From NCBI GenBank assembly GCA_039208735.1, contig JBCCQY010000012.1, positions 1 to 64,000 of the forward strand: a stretch of DNA of 64,000 nucleotides, written 5' to 3'. The position numbers and the translations under genes were made by a program. Of the stretch, positions 57,610-64,000 are shown one piece after another. Source of the stretch: Myxococcota bacterium. GTDB lineage: Bacteria > Myxococcota_A > UBA796 > GCA-2862545. Below the pieces are notes generated by a model. It ran no database searches. It saw nothing but the letters and a program-made list of their open reading frames with translations, and had not been told where the DNA came from. Every line of letters begins with the position of its first letter. Within the stretch, counting starts at the first letter, position 1.

Positions 57610-58398
57610 ATGGATTATTCAATTTCCCCTCCTACTGCAGACGTCTGGACCATACTTCTGACTGCCGCCCGAATGCGTGATGGCGCGAAGCGCCGGGCAA
57701 TGCTCGGTTCCTTGGCGACGGGCGACGACCTGGCCGCGCTCTACGCTCCCTTGCTGGGGGCTGAAATGGCTTCGCGGCCCTACGTCGTCGCCCACCTCGC
57801 GCAGAGCCTCGATGGTTGCATTGCCCTGCCTGCGGGGGAGTCGCAGTGGATTTCGGGCCATGACGACTTGGTGCACACGCATCGCTTGCGAGCGCTGTGT
57901 GATGCGGTGCTGGTCGGGGCCAGGACCGTGATGCACGATGATCCCCAGCTCACGGTGCGCCACGTGGAGGGGCCGCATCCGTTGCGCGTCATCCTGGATC
58001 CACGCGGTCGATTGAATGCAAACTACCAGGTCTTTGAAGGGGGGCCAGAGCGTACTTTGGTCGTTGCGCGTGCCCCTCGTCCCGACCTTGAAGGAAGGGT
58101 CGAAGTGGTTTTGCTCCCGTCCGACGAAGCGTGGGTGGCGCCCTCGGTGGTGCTGGAGGTCCTGGCGCAGCGGGGGATCCAACGGGTGCTCGTCGAGGGC
58201 GGCGGCATCACGGTGAGTCGTTTCCTCGAAGCGGGGCTTGTCGACCGGCTCCATTTGGTGATGGCGCCGTTGTTGGTTGGCTTGGGCCGTCCTTCGCTAT
58301 CGGGCTCGCTGGGCGCCACCCTGGCGAGTTGCCCTCGACCCTCTACCCGCGTGTGGCCGCTCGGTCAGGATTGGCTGTTTGACTGCGTGTTCGCTTGA
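57610..58398 (+). CDS. RibD C-terminal reductase-like protein (standalone)
   Basis: AQSLDG, SQWISG, DAVLVG..T..DDPQLTVR, LVEGGG. Confidence 0.9.
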   Translation: MDYSISPPTADVWTILLTAARMRDGAKRRAMLGSLATGDDLAALYAPLLGAEMASRPYVVAHLAQSLDGCIALPAGESQWISGHDDLVHTHRLRALCDAVLVGARTVMHDDPQLTVRHVEGPHPLRVILDPRGRLNANYQVFEGGPERTLVVARAPRPDLEGRVEVVLLPSDEAWVAPSVVLEVLAQRGIQRVLVEGGGITVSRFLEAGLVDRLHLVMAPLLVGLGRPSLSGSLGATLASCPRPSTRVWPLGQDWLFDCVFA

Positions 58399-59369
58399 AG
58401 GCGAGAGGACTCTGGGTCGTCGGTGAAGGCCAGGCGGAGTTTCGCGAAGAGGAGCTGCCCGAACCGGCGGACGACGAGGTGTTAGTTCGCACGCGGTTTA
58501 GCGGCATCAGTCGGGGCACCGAGTCCCTTGTGGTCGGCGGTCGGGTGCCTGAAGCCTTGTGGTCCACGATGCGAGCGCCGTTCCAGGCAGGCGCGTTTCC
58601 CTGGCCCGTGAAGTACGGCTACTGCAACGTGGGCGTTGTGGAGGCGGGCGCATGGCCCGTGGGCACCGAGGGTTTTGCGTTGGTGCCCCACCAGGACCGC
58701 TACGTCGTGCCGGCCACGGCGTTTCAGCCCCTGCCGGCTGGCTTGCCGGCTGAACGGGCCATCCTTGCAGCAAACCTTGAAACCGCCTTGAACGTCGTCT
58801 GGGACGGTCGGATCGGACCTGCCGATCGCGTGTCGGTGGTTGGCGCGGGGGTCGTGGGCTCGCTCGTGGCCTGGCTTGCCGGACGGATCCCCGGCACCGA
58901 CGTGCAGCTCATCGACCTTCGAGCCGAGCGCTCCGGGATCGCAGATGCACTGGGAGTGAGGTTTACACTGCCCGAATCGGCGAGTTTAGATCGCGATGTT
59001 GTGGTGGAAGCGAGCGGCGCCGCGGGTGGACTGACCACCGCACTTGCCTTGGCAGGGGTCGAGGCCGTGATCGTGGTCGCGAGTTGGTACGGCGCGGGGC
59101 CGATCGGGGTGCCGCTCGGCGAGGCGTTTCACAGTCGACGCCTGACGCTTCGGTCGAGCCAGGTGGGGGCGGTTCCTCCCGAGCGTGCCCCTCGGTTCGA
59201 CTTCCGCCGACGGCTTGGCGCAGCGTTGGCACTGTTGGCCGAGGCTCCCGAACTCGACGCCCTCATCGACGGAGAAAGCGAGTTCGGCACGCTCCACATC
59301 GATCTACCGAAGATCGCGCGATCGGGTGGCGGATCGTTATGCCACCGGATTCGGTACCCCCATTCATGA
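58395..59369 (+). CDS. Zinc-binding alcohol dehydrogenase family (MDR) protein
   Basis: SGISRGTE, PVKYGY, PHQ, GAGVVG, SWYG, SSQV. Confidence 0.9.
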   Translation: MKARGLWVVGEGQAEFREEELPEPADDEVLVRTRFSGISRGTESLVVGGRVPEALWSTMRAPFQAGAFPWPVKYGYCNVGVVEAGAWPVGTEGFALVPHQDRYVVPATAFQPLPAGLPAERAILAANLETALNVVWDGRIGPADRVSVVGAGVVGSLVAWLAGRIPGTDVQLIDLRAERSGIADALGVRFTLPESASLDRDVVVEASGAAGGLTTALALAGVEAVIVVASWYGAGPIGVPLGEAFHSRRLTLRSSQVGAVPPERAPRFDFRRRLGAALALLAEAPELDALIDGESEFGTLHIDLPKIARSGGGSLCHRIRYPHS

Positions 59370-59376
59370 GGTCGGG

Positions 59377-59775
59377 ATGTACAGCGTCACCGTTCGCGAT
59401 CGCGTCATGATCGCCCACTCGTTCCAAGGTGAGATCTTTGGGCCTGCCCAGCGCTCCCACGGCGCAACCTATGTGGTTGATGCGGAGTTTCGAAGAGCCA
59501 AGCTTGACTCTGATGGGCTGGTCATCGACATCGGGCTGGCCCACCGGCTGCTCGCCGCGGTCCTTGAACCTTGGGCCTACCGCGACCTCGATGAACTGCC
59601 AGAGTTCAAGGGGATCAACACCACGACGGAGTACCTTGCGGGCGAAGTGACCCGTCGGCTCACCGAGGCGCTGCCGCCCGAACTGCGGGGACCCGAGGGG
59701 CTTGCGAGCCTGGCGGTGACCCTGAAGGAATCGGATGTCGCTTGGGCGCGGCACGTTGTTGAACTCGCGGGCTGA
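59377..59775 (+). CDS. 6-pyruvoyl-tetrahydropterin synthase/QueD-like (COG0720) protein lacking the canonical Cys
   Basis: MIAHSF..EIFGPAQRSHGATY; NTTTEYLA; LKES. Confidence 0.9.
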   Translation: MYSVTVRDRVMIAHSFQGEIFGPAQRSHGATYVVDAEFRRAKLDSDGLVIDIGLAHRLLAAVLEPWAYRDLDELPEFKGINTTTEYLAGEVTRRLTEALPPELRGPEGLASLAVTLKESDVAWARHVVELAG

Positions 59776-60655
59776 CGTCCTTCGGTGGCTCGTTCCAGGG
59801 CTCGTGACGGCGGGTCTGCTCTTCGCCGTGAGCCGGGCTGTGGATCGGGCCGAACTCGTTCGACATCTCGGCTTGGTGCCGGGGTGGACGGTGCTCGCAG
59901 CGGCAGCGCTGGTGCCGGTGCAGGTGGGCTTGGCCGCCATTCGATGGCGTGCCACCAACGCACACTTGGGTCTGCAGCTGTCCAGCGGGGAGGCGTTCGC
60001 CGAAACGGGTCTGGCGACCTTGTTGAACCAGTTGCTGCCCTCGGGGATCGCCGGGGAAGTGGTTCGCGTATGGCGGCAACGACGTCCCGACCGGTCTACG
60101 GCACAGGTTGTGGGCGCCGCGGTCGCCGATCGAGGGCTTGGTCTCGCCACATTCGTCGTGGTGCTTCTGGTGAGCCTGTTGCTGTGGCCAGTCATCCATT
60201 CTGGCATTCCTCCAATGGTTTCACTGGGGGCGGCGGGGCTGTTGGTCGTTGGCGGAGCGGGGGTGATGAGGGTGTCCGAGGACTGGGCCTGGGTGGGGCC
60301 AAGCGCGCAGGCTGCCCGGGAGGCCGTCCTTGGCGAGCGGCGGGGGGTGCTCGTCCTCACGTCAGTGGGCTTTCTGGCCGCGATCTTCCTGCAAGCGGCT
60401 GGCTGTGCGCTCGCCTTGGGCTTGCCGGTAGGGTTCGGATTTCTCACCGTGTTGCCGTGGTACCTCCTGTCGATGCTCATTCCCTTGTCGGTCGGCGGAT
60501 GGGGACCCAAGGAGGTCGCTGCGTTGGGACTCTTCCCTCTTGTGGGCTGGGGGCCCGAGGCGGCGACGGCCTTCTCGACGATGTTTGGTCTCACGACGTT
60601 GGTCGGGTCGATCCCGTTTGCGTTGGGCGGGCTCGTCCGTCGGACCCCGTCATGA
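59735..60655 (+). CDS. Lysylphosphatidylglycerol synthase TM-like (flippase-like) membrane protein
   Basis: RW, LNQLLPSGIAGEVVR, DR, IPLSVGGWGPKE; start uncertain. Confidence 0.85.
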   Translation: MSLGRGTLLNSRADVLRWLVPGLVTAGLLFAVSRAVDRAELVRHLGLVPGWTVLAAAALVPVQVGLAAIRWRATNAHLGLQLSSGEAFAETGLATLLNQLLPSGIAGEVVRVWRQRRPDRSTAQVVGAAVADRGLGLATFVVVLLVSLLLWPVIHSGIPPMVSLGAAGLLVVGGAGVMRVSEDWAWVGPSAQAAREAVLGERRGVLVLTSVGFLAAIFLQAAGCALALGLPVGFGFLTVLPWYLLSMLIPLSVGGWGPKEVAALGLFPLVGWGPEAATAFSTMFGLTTLVGSIPFALGGLVRRTPS

Positions 60656-61617
60656 TTCATCTGCTGTCACCTGGATCCTCGGACCAACGGACCGGTGGTT
60701 ACCGCTACAACGCCCGCCTGGTGGCGGAGTGGCGTGCCCTGGGTCGTGCGGTGGCGGTCCACGAGTTGCCAGGGCGGTGGCCGTTCCCTCGCGAAGAGGC
60801 GCTGGAGAGGGCGGCCGCGGTGGTGGCAGGTCTCACAGGAGTGGTGTTGGCAGACGGCTTGTTGTGGACGGCACTGGCGCCACGTGTCGACCGCCCGGTC
60901 ATCGTGCTCATTCATAGTCCCTTGTGGCGGGAACACGGGCTTGCGGCCAAGGCGCGTGAAGAGATCGCATTGCGGCGAGCCCACGCCGTGGTGTGCACCA
61001 GTTCTCGCATTGCCCAGGACCTTCACCTCGAGACTCCCCCGACGGTGGTGGAACCAGGCACAGACCCCGCAGCGGTCGCGGACCGGCCGGGCACCGGTGC
61101 GTTGTTGTGCGTCGCCAACGTGGTGCCGCGAAAGGGCCACGATGTGTTGATCGAGGCGGTGCGACGCATGGATGGCGCGGTGACCCTGCGATGCGCCGGA
61201 GCGCTTGATCGGGATTCCGACTACGCGGCGGGGGTGATGAAAGCCGCTTTGGGCTTGCCTGTGACGTGGTTGGGCTCCTTGGACGACGCGGCGCTGGATG
61301 CGGCGTACGCACAGAGTGACGTGCTGGTGTCCGCCGCGCGGTACGAGGGATTCGGCATGGCGATCGCCGAAGCGTGGGCGCGAGGATTGCCGGTGATCAG
61401 CCCGCCGGCTGGCGTCTTCGATGGTGTTGGGGCGGGATGCGGTGGGGTACGGGTGGTCCCCCCCGACGATCCCGAGGCCTTGGCTCATGCGATCACGCTC
61501 GTGATCAAAGATTCCCGGCTTGCCGAGCAACTTTCGAAGGAGGCTCGAGCAATCCCGTTGCCCTCCTGGTCGACCCAGGCCAAGGCCTGGCTGACGCATC
61601 TCGGAGGATTCGCGTGA
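60652..61617 (+). CDS. Glycosyltransferase family 4
   Basis: TGGYRYN, RKGH, YEGFGMAIAEA..RGLPVI. Confidence 0.92.
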   Translation: MIHLLSPGSSDQRTGGYRYNARLVAEWRALGRAVAVHELPGRWPFPREEALERAAAVVAGLTGVVLADGLLWTALAPRVDRPVIVLIHSPLWREHGLAAKAREEIALRRAHAVVCTSSRIAQDLHLETPPTVVEPGTDPAAVADRPGTGALLCVANVVPRKGHDVLIEAVRRMDGAVTLRCAGALDRDSDYAAGVMKAALGLPVTWLGSLDDAALDAAYAQSDVLVSAARYEGFGMAIAEAWARGLPVISPPAGVFDGVGAGCGGVRVVPPDDPEALAHAITLVIKDSRLAEQLSKEARAIPLPSWSTQAKAWLTHLGGFA

Positions 61618-62381
61618 GCTTCTCGACCGACTGGCTGCGGATGCGCGAGCCGTTTGACCACCGTGCCCGAGCGGATCTGGCTTCCGAGTTCGAGGCTTCG
61701 CTGCTCGGGGCTGCGCCGTGGCGGCTCTTGGAGCTGGGAGGGGGCACGGGCTCCGGGATCCGCTGGCTCAACCCTCGAATGGCTGATGCCGTGGAGTGGT
61801 CGCTCCTCGATCATGACTCCAATCTGTTGATGGAGGTCGAGGGGGCTCACATCATCCAAGGCGATGTACGCGACGTCACTGCGTGGCCCGATCGCCTCGA
61901 TGGCATTCAGGTTCAGGCTCTGCTCGATCTGACCGATCTCGACTTTTTGGTGAAGCTCGCGGACGAGGTGGCTGCGCGTTCGATCCCCATTTTGGCTGCG
62001 TTGTCGGTTGATGGCCGGGTTCGTTGGCTACCCAAGCATCCCGATGATGAGGCCATCCAGGCTGCCTTTCGAGTGCATCAGCTTGGCGATCGAGGGTTCG
62101 GGACTTCGGTGGGTCCCTATGCAGCTCCGATCTTCGCGGACCTCCTTCGGGTGCGGGGATTTGAGGTCTCCGTGCAGCCGGCGGATTGGGTGATCGGACC
62201 TCAAGATCGGGAGATGCTCGAGGCGATGGTCGAGAGCACGGCCCAGGCCGCCCAACAAATCGACCCTCGAGGCGTGGATGCGGCCCTGTGGGCACGAGAT
62301 CGGCTCGATGACATCGCCCTTGGCCGACTCACTCTGCGGGTCGGGCACTTGGACGTCTTGGGTTGCCCAGAGCGGACGTGA
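61614..62381 (+). CDS. Class I SAM-dependent methyltransferase-like protein
   Basis: FSTDWL.MREP.D..AR, LELGGGTGS, LLD; GTGA overlap. Confidence 0.85.
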   Translation: MSFSTDWLRMREPFDHRARADLASEFEASLLGAAPWRLLELGGGTGSGIRWLNPRMADAVEWSLLDHDSNLLMEVEGAHIIQGDVRDVTAWPDRLDGIQVQALLDLTDLDFLVKLADEVAARSIPILAALSVDGRVRWLPKHPDDEAIQAAFRVHQLGDRGFGTSVGPYAAPIFADLLRVRGFEVSVQPADWVIGPQDREMLEAMVESTAQAAQQIDPRGVDAALWARDRLDDIALGRLTLRVGHLDVLGCPERT

Positions 62382-63963
62382 TGCGCTCGAAGAGATCGCG
62401 ATGGTGCAGTCCGGGGGGCGTGCGAGGCCCTGGGTCGAGGCCCGGTTCGAACCCATCGGCAAGGAACGGTTCAAGCCAGGCCGGATCGGTCGCCAAGACG
62501 TGCACCACAGCGTTTCGGGGCGCGCCGTCGGCGATGAACGGGGGCTGATGGTCGCCGTACCACAACATCAGCGTGGGGCGCCGGGGGGTGGCGAAGGCTC
62601 GGGACAGCACCTGGAGGTCGTAGGCGACGAGGCCTTGGAACGCTTCGCGGTCTGCTCCATGGCGATCCCTTAGGGCGCGTCGTCGGCTTTTGAAGCGGGA
62701 GAGCTCCATGCCGAGCATGAAGAACGGGCGACGGTCGCGTTGAACGTAGTCTCGCTCTCCGGTTTCGGTCAGCCATTCTCTGGCATCCTCGTAGATCGCA
62801 GGCGGTTCGCCCCAGGGGTAGTGGGCCGTGGCGAGGTGAAAGAAGGCGAACACGGGCCCGCTCATGGGCCTGATGACGGTCTGTTCGGTCACATCCACGG
62901 TGTACTGGTCGGGAATGTGGCCCCAACCCACGGCGGGGCCCGTGTACGCAAGCTCGTCGTGAAACACGGTCGTCGTGAATCCGAAGTGATTCACGAGACG
63001 CACCCCCGGGCGCGCCCGGTCCTTCGGACGCACCAACACCGTCTCGTACCCCTGCTCTGCGAAGAATCGCGGCAATGAAGGCAGGGTCCTGCCCAGCGCC
63101 GTCACGTGACCGAAGGTGGCCTGACGATCGACCTCGATGCCGGTGAGGACGGTCGCATCAGCCATCCACGAACGGCCCCCGTGGGTCGGTGCGACGCTTC
63201 GTCCCGATGCCATCGACCAGCCACCGGCGACCAGCGTGGACTCGAGTTCCTTGAGGAGCGCTCGGTGCCTGTCGCCCGTGGGGGCTTCGAGTGCCACGTC
63301 CCCGTAGCTTTCAATGACGAACAAGCGGACGTCGGGGCGAACGTCCACCGAACGGTCGGCGAGGTCTTCGCGGGCCGTGACCTGGGATTGGACTTGCCGG
63401 TACAGGGCGACGGATTCGGTGAGATCGGCCACGATTCGAGGCGTCCAAAAGCCCGAGCCGAAGAGTCCCACGACCACGGCAATGCTTGCGATGAACGCAC
63501 TGGCGCGACTCGTCGAGGGCTGGGGCAGCCGCGGCCAAGCCCATCCCGTCAGCAGCGTCAAAAGGAGCCCGATGGTGAGGGTCAGGCCAAAGAGGGTCCA
63601 CGGAGCCCATGCGCCGTAGAGGTCGGAGGCAAAGACCCAAACCGGCCGGGTGAGCAACAGCAAATCGTACAAGGGTAGTCGTTCTTGGGTGGCCACAAGG
63701 GACGCCGTCCATGCCACGCCAAAGAGGGCGAAGGTGGCCCACGCCAGGACCAGACCCATCCGCAGCCCCGGTGCGGAGGCCCAGCTGGGGCGAACCGTGG
63801 TCAAGCCGAGCCACGCGAGGATCACCAAACCCAAGTCCGGGACCCCCCACAGCGCCAACGTGGGGTCATGTACGGCAAAGATGGCCGCGGGACCCCAAGC
63901 CAGCGCGACGGTGATCAGGCTCGCCTGAAAGAGGTCCCTGCGGGACGGTGACGCAAACGACAT
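62329..63963 (-). CDS. Membrane-bound sulfatase-like/LTA-synthase-like protein
   Basis: 5 TMs then FVIESYG, GGRSW, H.PW, YGDHQP. Confidence 0.82.
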   Translation of the reverse strand: MSFASPSRRDLFQASLITVALAWGPAAIFAVHDPTLALWGVPDLGLVILAWLGLTTVRPSWASAPGLRMGLVLAWATFALFGVAWTASLVATQERLPLYDLLLLTRPVWVFASDLYGAWAPWTLFGLTLTIGLLLTLLTGWAWPRLPQPSTSRASAFIASIAVVVGLFGSGFWTPRIVADLTESVALYRQVQSQVTAREDLADRSVDVRPDVRLFVIESYGDVALEAPTGDRHRALLKELESTLVAGGWSMASGRSVAPTHGGRSWMADATVLTGIEVDRQATFGHVTALGRTLPSLPRFFAEQGYETVLVRPKDRARPGVRLVNHFGFTTTVFHDELAYTGPAVGWGHIPDQYTVDVTEQTVIRPMSGPVFAFFHLATAHYPWGEPPAIYEDAREWLTETGERDYVQRDRRPFFMLGMELSRFKSRRRALRDRHGADREAFQGLVAYDLQVLSRAFATPRRPTLMLWYGDHQPPFIADGAPRNAVVHVLATDPAWLEPFLADGFEPGLDPGPRTPPGLHHRDLFERITSALGNPRRPSARPAE

Positions 63964-64000
63964 GAAGCGGAGGAATAACGCCGGGTGCTCAACACGTCGT

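Noticed and set aside
57610..59775. Canonical riboflavin (ribD) or queuosine (queD) genes
   Set aside because: No deaminase domain, no QueD Cys motif, no ribE/ribH or queC/E/F nearby, so gene symbols were withheld.
59785..60651. N-terminal extension of the GT4 ORF (610 aa in the track)
   Set aside because: Overlaps the flippase-like gene in another frame; the ATGA overlap at 60652 marks the start.
1..64000. tRNA/rRNA genes, prophage, IS elements
   Set aside because: Intergenic gaps are short with no cloverleaf or rRNA signatures, and no integrase, transposase or phage structural motifs were recognised. This was a by-eye check only.

Overview
High-GC bacterial chromosomal DNA, densely coding (~64 CDS). 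Gene content (Hanks-type Ser/Thr kinases, PEGA domain, D-x-D-x-D-G/'DC' MopE-like repeats, lipoprotein copper monooxygenase, HDOD) suggests an uncultured Myxococcota-type lineage (inference). I found no rRNA, tRNA, CRISPR array, integrase or transposase. Recognisable loci: QOR-YciI-ECF sigma operon, mtgA, M1/M23/M48 peptidases, a tandem pair of isocitrate-dehydrogenase-family genes, a DUF350-DUF4178-speE operon, comEC-lspA, MoxR-DUF58-transglutaminase, and a ~9 kb RibD-like/Zn-ADH/PTPS-like/GT4/methyltransferase/CDP-alcohol transferase/sulfatase-like cluster. Most interesting observations: (1) the two coupled IDH paralogs show complementary loss of active-site motifs, suggesting an obligate heteromeric NAD-IDH reminiscent of the mitochondrial enzyme; (2) the pterin/ribityl-lipid-like cluster looks like a pathway for an unknown surface decoration; (3) many lipoproteins have very short, uncharged signal peptides; (4) a DnaA-box cluster with oriC-like architecture lies between unrelated genes; (5) several pseudoenzymes (kinase, histidine kinase, MBL, STAND ATPase). 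All family calls come from motif recognition by eye, and start codons were adjusted using RBS and gene-overlap logic.
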